Numbered from the stretch's first letter, positions 10,204 through 20,007 are shown. The stretch: DNA of 64,000 nt from Terriglobia bacterium (GCA_963664115.2 CAXWPJ010000002.1:32001-96000); one strand, 5' to 3'. Notes: a model not told the origin generated them from the sequence alone. A program made the numbers and translations.

Positions 10204-10869
10204 TTATTCCTCGACGACGTATTCGAAGACCAGATACGAGATGGTGAAAAAGATGATATCAAAACCGATCACTAAGTTCACCCACGACGAATACCCGTCG
10301 CCCGTGTCACCGAGCGCTGCGGCAGTCGCCGAGACGGCAGCCAGAATGAGCGGAAGCGTCAGCGGTATTTGGAGGACAGGCAGCATGACCTCACTCATGC
10401 GCGTGTGCGACGAGATCATGGACAGGATCGTCCCGACCGCGGCAAACCCCAGCGTGCCAAGGATCATGATCAGAATGATCCAAAGCAGCCGTGTATCCAC
10501 TGGAAGATCATAGAAGACCACGAAGAATACGAATATCACGACGTCGGATAGCATCATGAAAAGGAAGTTGCTTATGACCTTTCCGGTATACAGCGTTCCC
10601 CGGTCTATGGGTGCCAGCAGCAAACCCTGTAGGGAATCGTTGTCGAGATCGATCGCAAGCGAGCGGTTCAAGCCGAGAATTCCTGCAAACGTCAGGGCGA
10701 CCCAGAGCACACCGGGCGCGATGAGCACCCGTTGCGTTCCCGCAGGTTCAAACGCGAAATTGAAGATCACCATGACAAGGAGTCCGAACATCATCATTGA
10801 CGCGACGGTCTCCTTCCGGCGCAACTCGAGCGCAATATCTTTCCGGACCAGGGCGATCAGCGCGTTCAT
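10204..10869 (-). CDS. ccmB: Heme exporter protein CcmB
   Basis: KDIALELRRKE, APGVLWVA, LLLAP..R..LY.GK, MLPVLQIPL; operon position. Confidence 0.9.
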   Translation of the reverse strand: MNALIALVRKDIALELRRKETVASMMMFGLLVMVIFNFAFEPAGTQRVLIAPGVLWVALTFAGILGLNRSLAIDLDNDSLQGLLLAPIDRGTLYTGKVISNFLFMMLSDVVIFVFFVVFYDLPVDTRLLWIILIMILGTLGFAAVGTILSMISSHTRMSEVMLPVLQIPLTLPLILAAVSATAAALGDTGDGYSSWVNLVIGFDIIFFTISYLVFEYVVEE

Positions 10870-11582
10870 TGCGGATCCTTTCCCCGAACATATTGCCGGT
10901 AGGCCTCTCGTATGCCCGGATCCGTTCCTTCTCCCGAATGAACGATTTTGCCCCGGTCGATAATGTGGACATGGTTCGCACCTCGCAGGCCCAGCTCGAG
11001 GTCGTGTGTCGTCAGAACGACCGTGCGTCCTTCCTCGACTGCTTCATCCAGCATCCGGTTCAGTATTTCAACTGCGTTGGCATCCAGACCGGTGTAGGGT
11101 TCGTCGAGAAGAAGAACGCGTGGATTGTGCAGCATGACACGTGCGAGGCCGACCCTCTGCAGGAGGCCACGGGAAAACGAACGCACTGCGTCGTTCCGTC
11201 TTCGGTGGAGTCCGACTCTCTGAATCAAGCCGTCGATGGTGTCTCCCGTGAGGTCGAGTCCGTAGAGCTTTGAAAAAAAAGCCAGGTTCTCTCGCGGTGT
11301 CAGGTCCCGATAAACGTAGGTACTGTGGGTGAGGAGTCCGATCGATCGCCGCACCTGCTCAGGTTTCTTTTCGGTATCGAATCCGTGGATTGAGAGTGTT
11401 CCATGACTCGGTTTCGCCAGCGTCGCTGCGATTTTAAGAAAGGTTGTCTTGCCGGCCCCGTTTCTGCCAAAGAGAGTCACGGACACGCCCCGGGGCACCT
11501 CCAGATCGATGCTTCGGAGGGCGGGGAAGTGACCGTAGGTTTTGGATATACCGCGGGCTTCGACAGCGAGGGTGTCATTCAT
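10866..11582 (-). CDS. ccmA: Heme ABC exporter ATPase CcmA
   Basis: Walker A GRNGAGKTT, FSRG signature, LLLDEPYTGLD; next to ccmB. Confidence 0.9.
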   Translation of the reverse strand: MNDTLAVEARGISKTYGHFPALRSIDLEVPRGVSVTLFGRNGAGKTTFLKIAATLAKPSHGTLSIHGFDTEKKPEQVRRSIGLLTHSTYVYRDLTPRENLAFFSKLYGLDLTGDTIDGLIQRVGLHRRRNDAVRSFSRGLLQRVGLARVMLHNPRVLLLDEPYTGLDANAVEILNRMLDEAVEEGRTVVLTTHDLELGLRGANHVHIIDRGKIVHSGEGTDPGIREAYRQYVRGKDPQ

Positions 11583-11703
11583 AGGTAATGGGAAATGAAC
11601 CGTGACGAGAGATCGGGAAAGTTAATTGTCGAGAGCTAAAAGCTCCTTTCTCTTAACTATGAATACTTCACTCGTAACTTCAGGTGTCACCGGATACTTT
11701 CTT

Positions 11704-12078
11704 CTAGGCGTGCTTCTTTTCCCCCGATGATGAGGATTGAAGTTTATCGATCACGCGTGACAGCTCCCCTCGCAGCTGTCTCATCCGCCTCTTGTGGCTT
11801 TCCTTATTGAGGGTACCCGATTCGCGGGTCGTTTCGAGTTCCGTGATCTTGTCGAGGACGGTTTCGCGGTGCTGGCGCAGGGCCTGGCGTTCCTTTCGAT
11901 GGGTCTGCTCCTTCATGGTCTGGATGGAGAGGCTCGCAGCCCAGGCGAGGAACGCCGCGGTGATCAATACGATGAAAAGTGTGTGTGCGGCCATCGGGTT
12001 GGGTACCTGAATCGGTCCCTGCGCGTGAGCCGGGATCGCGAAGATGAGCCAGAGGAGGACGGCTGTCAGTCTGCGCAT
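11704..12078 (-). CDS. Membrane protein with coiled-coil tail in the ccm operon
   Basis: Signal/TM segments then RQHRETVLDKITELE..G.. Confidence 0.65.
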   Translation of the reverse strand: MRRLTAVLLWLIFAIPAHAQGPIQVPNPMAAHTLFIVLITAAFLAWAASLSIQTMKEQTHRKERQALRQHRETVLDKITELETTRESGTLNKESHKRRMRQLRGELSRVIDKLQSSSSGEKKHA

Positions 12079-12083
12079 CCTAT

Positions 12084-12503
12084 TTAATCTAGATTCGTTC
12101 CGCAGTCTGCGCAGAACTTGTTCTGAGGGGAATTCCTGTGGCCGCAACCGGAACAGATACGGGAGCCGGCCACGCGTTCTTTCCTCGAGCTGACTTCATG
12201 TCGAATCAAAGCATCGAGATCCTGGGACGATTCGATTTCATCAATGCTCTCGAGCACCACTGCTATTTCGGCAGTCATTTCCTCTCGGATTAATTTGTAG
12301 TCTTCGTCCGAGAGCTTGCCGCACTTGTACTCAAAATCGAGATCCTGAATGTTGCCCAGGATGACATCCTTTTTTCGCTGAAGCAGATCCCACTGGGTTT
12401 CCTCAAGAATCGTGGAATCGAGAGAATCGGTTTTCGCGAAGAGGGGCCAGCAGATTGCGGTGAGAATGCCTCCACCGAGCAGTCCAGAAAATAAATAGAT
12501 CAT
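12084..12503 (-). CDS. CcmI-N-like membrane protein with C-terminal zinc ribbon
   Basis: TM helix, IQDLDFEYKCGKLSDEDY, CSGCGHRN..KFCADCG. Confidence 0.7.
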   Translation of the reverse strand: MIYLFSGLLGGGILTAICWPLFAKTDSLDSTILEETQWDLLQRKKDVILGNIQDLDFEYKCGKLSDEDYKLIREEMTAEIAVVLESIDEIESSQDLDALIRHEVSSRKERVAGSRICSGCGHRNSPQNKFCADCGTNLD

Positions 12504-12533
12504 GACGCGGTGGGAACCGAAAGTCCTTCGACC

Positions 12534-13034
12534 TCAGTCTTCGGGAATAAAGTCCTCTAATTCGTCTTCAAGGCGCTGCTGGAAATCAGTCCCCGCCTGC
12601 TCCCCGAGTGCCGGCGCAACTTTGCTCCACCGGTTGCGGGAGCGAAGCGCGTAAAACGCGACCAGTCCGAACCCCACAGTCAGTGCGACGAAAGGCATCA
12701 ACCAGGAAGCGATGTTGAACCAGCCTGCCGTGGGCGGAGCTGCCAGGATGTTCAGACCATATTTCTCAGCGAAACGAGTAAGGATCGTCTCCTGGTCCAT
12801 GCCGTCTTCAATAAAGGCATCGACTTCGGCCCGCATCGGGTTCGCGTTCGGACAGCCAATATGGCTGCATACACCCAAGGTCTGATTGCAGCCGCCGCAG
12901 TTACACATCAACTCGCCGTAGACAACCTCAGGTTCCACCGTGTCGGCCTCCAGGCGCAAACACCCTGCAGCAGTTAGAAGAACCAGGAGGAGCGGAAAGC
13001 TAAGCGTGTACCTTTTCAGTCTTGCGAGTTTCAT
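12534..13034 (-). CDS. ccmH: Cytochrome c biogenesis protein CcmH
   Basis: LMCNCGGC..C...C, MRAEV, F.EKYG..ILAAPP..GWFN..SWLMP. Confidence 0.85.
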   Translation of the reverse strand: MKLARLKRYTLSFPLLLVLLTAAGCLRLEADTVEPEVVYGELMCNCGGCNQTLGVCSHIGCPNANPMRAEVDAFIEDGMDQETILTRFAEKYGLNILAAPPTAGWFNIASWLMPFVALTVGFGLVAFYALRSRNRWSKVAPALGEQAGTDFQQRLEDELEDFIPED

Positions 13035-15048
13035 CTGTTTCCTTCTGATGTGCGACCTTTTCCTTCTTTTCCTTCCTCGACGTTCCGGGACCCTTGTTTG
13101 GAAGCAATGCGATCAGAGTTCCCAGCCCGATCACGAAACCGCCGATCCAGACCCAGCTCACCAGTGGGTTTCGATAGACCTGCATGATGGCGCGATTGTT
13201 TTCGGAAACACCGGCAAAGACTAAATAGAGGTCGTCCTGAAGAGTGGCTCGGATGGAAACCTCGTGGGTCTGTTGTTCGAGCGCCCTGTAGAAGCGGATC
13301 TCAGGGAACATGTTGGCGACCTGGACACCGTTCTTGAACAGACTGACTTCGGCCCAGGTGCGGTCGTAGTTCACCATTTCTTGTGAGCCGAAGTTGTCAG
13401 CTCGCAGGAGATATGGACCGATCGTGATCGTATCCCCGACATCGACTTCTTCCTGGACTTCAACGGTAAACGCCTGCCCTGTGAAACCGATAAATATGAG
13501 AACAATGCCGAAGTGAACTATGTAACCGCCGTAACGCCGCGTATTCCGAAGCGTGAGGTTGATCAATGCTTCGATGAGACCCTCGCCGGTGGTAGACCGC
13601 CGCGCGCGAGCCCCCTTGTAAAACTCCTGGAAAATCGTCATCGCCACGAAAATCGCCAGCGTGAGCGATATCAAGGCGTAGGCGTTATCGACACCCGAAA
13701 TTCCCAGTGCGATGCCTCCCATCAGGGCAACAGTGACCGGGAACAAGAATGCCCGCTTCAGGCTGCTCGGCGAAGAGCGTCTCCATGCAAGCAGCGGTCC
13801 CACGCCGGTCATAAACAGCAGACCCAATCCGATCGGGATCATGATGGTGTTGAACCAGGGTGTGGCTACGGTGACCTTCACGCCCTGAATCCATTCTGAA
13901 AACACCGGAAGCATCGTGCCGAAGAGAACCGCGAAACACGCGGCCACGAAGAGCAGGTTGTTCAGCATGAAACCGCTTTCTCGGGAGACAAGAGATTCCA
14001 TGGTGTTTTCGGTTTTCAAGTAGCTCAAGCGGCCAAACAGGAGGTAAAAGGATCCCGCTACAATGAGAATGATAAACGCCAGAAAGTAGCCGCCGATCGA
14101 CGACTGTGCAAAGGCGTGCACCGAAGAAACAATGCCGCTGCGGGTGAGGAAGGTGCCAAAAATGGCCGCGGTGTAGGTCAGAATCACCAGGACCATGTTC
14201 CAGACTTTCATCATGCCCTTTTTTTCCTGGATCATCACCGAGTGGAGGAATGCCGTTCCCAGGAGCCAGGGCATCAAAGACGCATTTTCTACCGGATCCC
14301 AGGCCCAGTACCCGCCCCAACCCAACTCCACGTAGGCCCACGCGCCGCCCAGTACGACGCCGGTGCCCAGGAAGAACCAGGAGATCATCGTCCACCGCCG
14401 GGTCGTCCGGATCCAAGTGTCGCCCAATTGCCGGCTTGCCATGGCGGCCATGGCAAATGCGAATGGGACCGAAAATCCGACGAGCCCCAGATAGAGTATG
14501 GGCGGGTGGATTACCATCATGAAATACTGCAGCAGGGGATTGAGTCCGCGGCCATCCGCAGCCGTAAATGCCCGCATGGTTCCATCGCCGGCGACGGTGA
14601 CGAGCTCATTGAACGGGTTTGCGACGAACAGGTTCAGTGATGTAAAGAAGATCGAAGTCGCCATCAGGACGGCGACGACGTAGGGCATCATCGCGGTGTG
14701 CCGTTTGCGGTTCTGGATGAAGACCAGGCTTGCGTAGAAACTCAGCAACCAGCCCCAAAGCAGGAGCGATCCTTCCTGTCCGCCCCAAATACCCGCGATC
14801 TTGTAGAACAGAGGCAGATCGCGATTCGAGTTACCCTGGATGTATCCGATCGAGAAATCGCTTACAAGAAAAAGATATCCCAGGCATGCGATGGCGACGG
14901 TCAGAGAGGCGAACACGCCGATGCCTGCGTTGCGGCCGCTTGCAATCAGCCTGTCGTTTTTGATGCGTATGCCGTACAACGACGCAGCGATCGCGTAAAC
15001 CGTTACCGTAAAGGCAAGGGCCAGGGCAAACTGCCCGAGTTGAGCCAT
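13000..15048 (-). CDS. ccmF: Cytochrome c heme lyase CcmF
   Basis: WGGQEGSLLLW, GLNPLLQ, HPPILY, WAYVELGWGGYWAWDPVENASLMPW, SVHAFA. Confidence 0.97.
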   Translation of the reverse strand: MAQLGQFALALAFTVTVYAIAASLYGIRIKNDRLIASGRNAGIGVFASLTVAIACLGYLFLVSDFSIGYIQGNSNRDLPLFYKIAGIWGGQEGSLLLWGWLLSFYASLVFIQNRKRHTAMMPYVVAVLMATSIFFTSLNLFVANPFNELVTVAGDGTMRAFTAADGRGLNPLLQYFMMVIHPPILYLGLVGFSVPFAFAMAAMASRQLGDTWIRTTRRWTMISWFFLGTGVVLGGAWAYVELGWGGYWAWDPVENASLMPWLLGTAFLHSVMIQEKKGMMKVWNMVLVILTYTAAIFGTFLTRSGIVSSVHAFAQSSIGGYFLAFIILIVAGSFYLLFGRLSYLKTENTMESLVSRESGFMLNNLLFVAACFAVLFGTMLPVFSEWIQGVKVTVATPWFNTIMIPIGLGLLFMTGVGPLLAWRRSSPSSLKRAFLFPVTVALMGGIALGISGVDNAYALISLTLAIFVAMTIFQEFYKGARARRSTTGEGLIEALINLTLRNTRRYGGYIVHFGIVLIFIGFTGQAFTVEVQEEVDVGDTITIGPYLLRADNFGSQEMVNYDRTWAEVSLFKNGVQVANMFPEIRFYRALEQQTHEVSIRATLQDDLYLVFAGVSENNRAIMQVYRNPLVSWVWIGGFVIGLGTLIALLPNKGPGTSRKEKKEKVAHQKETDETRKTEKVHA

Positions 15049-15060
15049 GAATTCCGGTCT

Positions 15061-15522
15061 CTAGAGTCCGCTTCCGATGTTCGGGGCGGAGGGGACTAAC
15101 TGGGTGGTTTCCGGAATCACGATGCCGGCTTCGGTTTCGCGTTCATATTTGGACGCGCACTTTGCCTGCAACTTGGTAGCCGTGAAAACACCGTTCCCGT
15201 TGTATGCTCCGTCGACGACAGCTTCAGCATAATCTCTGAACGTGTCCGGAAGGGGATCAGTCCCGACGTAATGGACGGTGAGCAACTGGTCGCCTTCACT
15301 GATCACGAAGTCGACCTGGCCCGCGCCTTTCTGGATCGACCCGGGAACTACCTCGCCTACAACCTTCAACCTCTCGTTACCGAGTGTGTCCGCCATCGCA
15401 TACAGCTCGGATACCGTCTGGAAGTACGCCCGTGTTTCCTGGAACGCCGAATAGCCGATCCACGTGAGGGCGAGTACGATTACGCTCGGCCCCAAAATAA
15501 ACTTTAATTGTTTGCGCGACAT
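15061..15522 (-). CDS. ccmE: Heme chaperone CcmE, CxxxY variant
   Basis: G.VVPGSI, Y.G..PDTF, F.ATKLQAKCASKY. Confidence 0.9.
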   Translation of the reverse strand: MSRKQLKFILGPSVIVLALTWIGYSAFQETRAYFQTVSELYAMADTLGNERLKVVGEVVPGSIQKGAGQVDFVISEGDQLLTVHYVGTDPLPDTFRDYAEAVVDGAYNGNGVFTATKLQAKCASKYERETEAGIVIPETTQLVPSAPNIGSGL

Positions 15523-15626
15523 GAGCTTGCCTCTCCTCTCTGGCAGTTGCCATCCTAATCAGCACACTGAGAAAGTACACTGTAACGACCGCTACCGAGT
15601 ATTCTACCCAAAGCGAGTGGCGAAAC

Positions 15627-16051
15627 TTAAGTTTTTTCGTCCTTTTTTAAGAAATGTGAGGACCCCCGGATGCCCAGTGCGAGTAAGAAAATTGCTGTGG
15701 ACAGCCCCGCTGAGGTGAGACAGTACTCGCAATAAGGACGAACACCTGGATTCCGGTCAGGATCGCCGAAACCGCAAGCGCTGCGGCCGCCGGCCAGAAC
15801 ACGAGTCTGATGCTAATGCGTCGCCCGAACACTTCGAATACCGCCGCAGAGAAGACCGCGACATAAAAGGCCAGGCCGAACCAGGATACGGGAATCGGGC
15901 CCACTTCCGAATACACGCTGTTGAGAACGTCTCCGCAGCCTTCAGTGATGTGGCAGGGGACGGGTCCGGAATCGCGGGACAAGTACAGGTACAGCGTGTC
16001 GACCATCCCTGTAAACGATAGAGCAAGAACCCCTACCGGGCTGAGGTTCAT
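15627..16051 (-). pseudogene. VKOR family disulfide-formation protein with a -1 frameshift near 15734
   Basis: CHITEGCGDVLNSVYS and GPIPVSWFG are in frame; catalytic YCEYCLTSA lies in the shifted frame, which ends at TAA 15627. Confidence 0.75.
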
Positions 16052-16770
16052 CCGGCGTCTTCTATAGCCGCGGCGATCGCGTTTTCAAACTCGCTTAAAG
16101 ACCGGGGCAATGCGATCATCTGGCCGTTGACGAAGAAGGTCGGCGTACCTGGAAGCTGCATCTGTTGTGCGCGTTCGGCGTCTGCCAGGACTCGAGCTTC
16201 GGGGCCGCCGGATCGATACGCGGTCTCAAACAGCTCCGGGTCCATTCCTAAGCGCTCGGCGTAAATGGTGAACACTTCGGCGGGGTTCGAATGGGTCGCC
16301 CATTGGCTTTGAAGCTCGAACAGCAGGTCATGCATTTCCCAGAAACCGTCCTGTTCAGCGGCGGCTTCGGTGGCGATTGCCGCAGCGAGGGCGTTCGGAT
16401 GGACCGAGACCAGCGGATAGTGATGGAATTCGAGTTGCAATTGGTCTGGGAACCGGTCCATCAACTGGGCGACGACTGGATGAAATGCCCCACAAGTCGG
16501 GCATTGGAAATCGCCGTATTCCATCAAGGTGACCACTGCGTTTTCCGGACCCTTGATCCGCAGGTCGTTTGTCGGCGTCAGGTCGGTGTTCCCGAGTGTG
16601 AGCGCGGTGCTGGGCCCTTGCTCGGCAGCGCTCCGGGAAAGGAATGCAGCCAGGGCAATGGCCGCAAACACGCCAAGTACGAGGATGGCTATTGGCTTCG
16701 TGTTTGATCGACGGGACGATCTCCTCGAAGGTTTCTTCGACGACGGGTTCGGGCTCGCTGTTTTGGTCAT
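16048..16770 (-). CDS. DsbA-family thioredoxin-fold oxidoreductase
   Basis: EYGDFQCPTC, HYPL..HPNA, FWEMHDLLF, GTPTFFVNG; N-terminal anchor. Confidence 0.9.
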   Translation of the reverse strand: MTKTASPNPSSKKPSRRSSRRSNTKPIAILVLGVFAAIALAAFLSRSAAEQGPSTALTLGNTDLTPTNDLRIKGPENAVVTLMEYGDFQCPTCGAFHPVVAQLMDRFPDQLQLEFHHYPLVSVHPNALAAAIATEAAAEQDGFWEMHDLLFELQSQWATHSNPAEVFTIYAERLGMDPELFETAYRSGGPEARVLADAERAQQMQLPGTPTFFVNGQMIALPRSLSEFENAIAAAIEDAG

Positions 16771-17126
16771 GGCCCTATACTAATTTCTGATGCGCTCGAT
16801 GGCAACCTTCACGAGCGTGGGTTCGTGCCTCAGTTTGAAAATCAGAAATTCCGTCCTTAACGTAAATTTCGCCCTGTCGTTCAGACGTCCGACCACCCCT
16901 GTCGCGTCAATACGAGTGGGTCGGAACGAGAAGCGACCCTCGTAATCTTCCCGACCCCCAGGGTCTCTTGAGCATACCGGTCTGTTAAAACAGGTCCCGG
17001 AACGTCTGCCATCCACTTCAGCGGAGCGTTTAGTATTTAATCTCATGAAGTCTGCGGCGGTGTCCTAGGGGCGGCAATGGGGCACGCGAGGGAGAAGCGG
17101 AGAAAAAAATACGAAGAAGGTGAAAA

Positions 17127-17166
17127 AAACCATTGATATTTCTTCGTCACACATCAACAATGGTTT
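17127..17166 (+). promoter_or_regulatory. Sigma70-like promoter overlapped by an inverted repeat
   Basis: TTGATA (17133-17138), 17 bp, AACAAT (17156-17161); AAACCATTG/CAATGGTTT inverted repeat. Confidence 0.45.
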
Positions 17167-17167
17167 C

Positions 17168-17370
17168 GTCTCTGACAAGAGACAAGAATTCTTCTAGTGA
17201 GTACAAGGCTACTCCAGCCAGGGACGGTAGTCGGCTACATCGGGTCAAAGGACGACTGAGGCGGGACGGACCCCGGGCGAAAAGGATTTCGTAATCGGAG
17301 CCAGATGTAGACGGTGAAGGAGACTAGAGGAAAAAGCCTCACAGCGCAGGACGCGTTGTGAGGCTTTTCT
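17168..17370 (+). ncRNA. Candidate CsrB/RsmY-like GGA-rich small RNA
   Basis: No credible ORF; promoter upstream, intrinsic terminator downstream; nine GGA motifs in 17220-17351, several in hairpin loops. Confidence 0.55.
17331..17370 (+). terminator. Intrinsic terminator
   Basis: AAAAGCCTCACAGCG-loop-CGTTGTGAGGCTTTT. Confidence 0.75.
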
Positions 17371-17466
17371 CATTATTCGGGCTCGACACCTCAGCGGTAA
17401 CCCCTGCCGTGTCGTCGGGCCAAGCCCTTGATAAGGTGTCGCTTGAGTGCTGTGCTATAGTCGGGC

Positions 17467-17856
17467 GTGGCCGAGTATACCGAAGAACACGCCCGTGCGG
17501 GTATCGAGGCGCCGTTGCCGGCTATCGAGTCCTGGCCGAACCAGTTTCCCGGATACGAGATCAGCATATCGATACCCGAGTTCACGTCGATCTGTCCCAA
17601 GACCGGGCTTCCCGACTTCGGAGTGCTTAGCCTTCGCTATCGTCCCGACGCGCTCTGCCTTGAACTGAAATCACTGAAGAATTACTTCCTCGCCTACCGG
17701 AATCTTGGAATTTTCTATGAGAACGTCGTCAACCGTGTGTTGCAGGACGTAGTCGACGCCTGCTCCCCGGTGGAGATTGAGGTGGTGGGAGAATTTAATG
17801 CCCGCGGTGGCATGCGAGCTGTCGTGAGAGCCGAGCATCAGAAAGTTAAAAGTTAA
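17467..17856 (+). CDS. queF: NADPH-dependent preQ0 reductase (type I)
   Basis: PEFTSICPKTGLPDFG, LELKSLKNYF, YE, FNARGGM. Confidence 0.95.
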   Translation: MAEYTEEHARAGIEAPLPAIESWPNQFPGYEISISIPEFTSICPKTGLPDFGVLSLRYRPDALCLELKSLKNYFLAYRNLGIFYENVVNRVLQDVVDACSPVEIEVVGEFNARGGMRAVVRAEHQKVKS

Positions 17857-17890
17857 GTGCCAAGGGCTAAGCAATAGGATCGTTTAACTC

Positions 17891-19735
17891 TTAACTTTTG
17901 ACCATCCCAACAACTGCACGCACCCGCTCCGCTATTGCTGCCGCTCCGATACCAAAGGCTTCAATGAGTTCTTCCGGTTTGCCTGAGCGGGGCACACCGC
18001 GCACTGCGATCTTATGGACCGGAGCCTGATTGCCGACCGCATTCAAAACCGCATCGCCAATACCGCCGTCCCAATTGTGGTCTTCGACAACGACGATATG
18101 TCCTGTTTCTTTCGCAGCCGTGGCCAGAGTTCGAACGTCAATGGGTTTCACGGAATAGGCGTCGATGACTCGGATGTTTAAGCCTTCGGCTTCAAGCACA
18201 GCCTGTGCTTTTAGGGCTTCATGCAGCGTCACTCCAGCACCTACGATCGTCGCTTGATCGGACGGGGAGCTTCGAAGTACCTTGGACCCCCCGATCTCGA
18301 AGCTCTCATCGGAGGGATAGAGCACAGGGGCCTTCGGCCGCGTCGTTCTGAGATAGGAAATGCCCGCGTGGTCCGCCATTGCCGCAACGAGGTGTTCGGT
18401 TGAGACCGCGTCACTGGGATACAGCACCACAGAATCCGGTATTGCCCGGAACATCGCGATGTCTTCCAGGCCCATCTGTGAAGGGCCGTCCTGTCCGATC
18501 GACACCCCACAATGGGATCCAACGAAATTGATATTGGCCTGCGAAATCCGGGCCATGCGGATCTGGTCAAAAGCTCGCGTTAAGAATGCGGCAAAAGTCG
18601 ATATGAAAGGAATCTTGCCGCAAGCGGCCATGCCGGCCGCTACGCCCACCATGTTTTGTTCGGCAATAAACATTTCGAAGAAGTGGTCGGCGTGCTTGTC
18701 GATTAGCTTCTGAGAGAACGTGGAATTTTTCGTGTCTCCATCGAGCGCCACTACACGGGGATCCTGGTCGACGAGCTTCACCAGTGCGTCCCCGTATGCC
18801 TCGCGGGTGGCTGTTTGGCTTCCGAGTTCCCTGGAAACCTGAATACGGTGCGAAGCGGGTCCGGATGCCGAAGCAACAGGCTTCCGAGGCGAGGGGGTGA
18901 AACCGTCCCCGGCGTAAGGCTGGGACAGCTCTTTGAGCGCTGCTTCGAGTTCGGCTTCAGGGACAGGTTTTCCGTGCCAGTTGTCCTTGTCTTCAAATAG
19001 GGAGACTCCCTTGCCCTTGAGGGTCCTCGCCACGATCGCTCGGGGCTTCTCCCCGCCCTTGGCCCGGCACTCCTTGAAGGCATCGACAATCTGATCGTAG
19101 TCATGGCCGTCGACTGTGACGGCATACCATCCAAAGGCCCGGAAGATCTCGGCATACCGATCGACATCGAAGCCATACATGGTCCGCTGGCTTTGGCCCT
19201 GCCCGTTGACATCGACGATTGCAAACAGGTTGTCGGCTTTGTAATAACTCGCCAGTGCTGCGGCTTCCCACACCGATCCTTCGGCGCATTCGCCGTCTCC
19301 CAACAGGGCGAAGGTGTCGTATCCGGCACCGTCGAGTCTGGAAGCCAAAGCGATACCCAGAGCTGCCGACAGGCCCTGACCGAGCGATCCGGTCGCGACG
19401 TCAACCCAGGGTATTCGAGGCGTCGGATGGCCCTCAAAATCGCTGTCGAATTTCCGCAGCGTCATGGGCGCATCGGGAGCGATCATGCCGGCTTCCGCAT
19501 ACGCTGCCCAGAGTAGAGGCGCCGCGTGACCCTTCGAGAGAACAAAACGATCGTTCGCACCATTGCCCGGATCGGCCGGGTCGTATCGCATCTCCTGGAA
19601 AAACATCACCGACGCGAGGTCGGCTGCGGACAGGCATGACGAGGGGTGCCCCGAGCCCGCCTCAGTCGTGCTTCTTATGGACGATACGCGCATACGACGC
19701 GCCTTTTCTTTCAGGAACTCGATCGATGGTGTCAT
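17891..19735 (-). CDS. tkt: Transketolase (single-chain, about 614 aa)
   Basis: SGHPSSCLS, DRFVLSKGHAAP, ATGSLGQG, GDGECAEG, IAEQNMVG, GQDGPSQM; likely start MTPSIE. Confidence 0.93.
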   Translation of the reverse strand: MTPSIEFLKEKARRMRVSSIRSTTEAGSGHPSSCLSAADLASVMFFQEMRYDPADPGNGANDRFVLSKGHAAPLLWAAYAEAGMIAPDAPMTLRKFDSDFEGHPTPRIPWVDVATGSLGQGLSAALGIALASRLDGAGYDTFALLGDGECAEGSVWEAAALASYYKADNLFAIVDVNGQGQSQRTMYGFDVDRYAEIFRAFGWYAVTVDGHDYDQIVDAFKECRAKGGEKPRAIVARTLKGKGVSLFEDKDNWHGKPVPEAELEAALKELSQPYAGDGFTPSPRKPVASASGPASHRIQVSRELGSQTATREAYGDALVKLVDQDPRVVALDGDTKNSTFSQKLIDKHADHFFEMFIAEQNMVGVAAGMAACGKIPFISTFAAFLTRAFDQIRMARISQANINFVGSHCGVSIGQDGPSQMGLEDIAMFRAIPDSVVLYPSDAVSTEHLVAAMADHAGISYLRTTRPKAPVLYPSDESFEIGGSKVLRSSPSDQATIVGAGVTLHEALKAQAVLEAEGLNIRVIDAYSVKPIDVRTLATAAKETGHIVVVEDHNWDGGIGDAVLNAVGNQAPVHKIAVRGVPRSGKPEELIEAFGIGAAAIAERVRAVVGMVKS

Positions 19736-19972
19736 AGCTGCGGTGTGCTCTCTTAGTGAAGGTTCAAGAACGAATGTTGCGACAAAAGATCGGCAAGTCG
19801 TGGGGATTATACGATGCTTCAATGGCCAGATGCGGGGCAAATCGAGGTGTGAATGGCAGACGGGTCGATAAATTTGTTCCGGGTCGGAGGAGCAGACACT
19901 TTGGCCGGGAATTCGCAGGTTTTTCGTAATTAGTATGCTTAGACTTTAACTATAAAAACTATAACAAATGTA

Positions 19973-20001
19973 TTGACAGCAGGCGGTGTTCTCGTCACAA
20001 T
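19973..20001 (+). promoter_or_regulatory. Sigma70-like promoter
   Basis: TTGACA, 17 bp, CACAAT, preceded by an AT-rich tract. Confidence 0.55.
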
Positions 20002-20007
20002 TAAGCT

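Noticed and set aside
17168-17370. 6S RNA
   Set aside because: Long-range stems exist, but the centre is a set of short GGA hairpins rather than a rod with a central bubble. Not fully excluded without Rfam.
17370-17466. preQ1 riboswitch upstream of queF
   Set aside because: No recognisable preQ1 aptamer; a terminator ends the upstream RNA and an extended -10 sits directly before the GTG.
17842-17900. AGTTAA-type short repeats as a separate element
   Set aside because: They form one imperfect inverted repeat spanning the convergent queF and tkt stops, adequately explained as a terminator-like hairpin.
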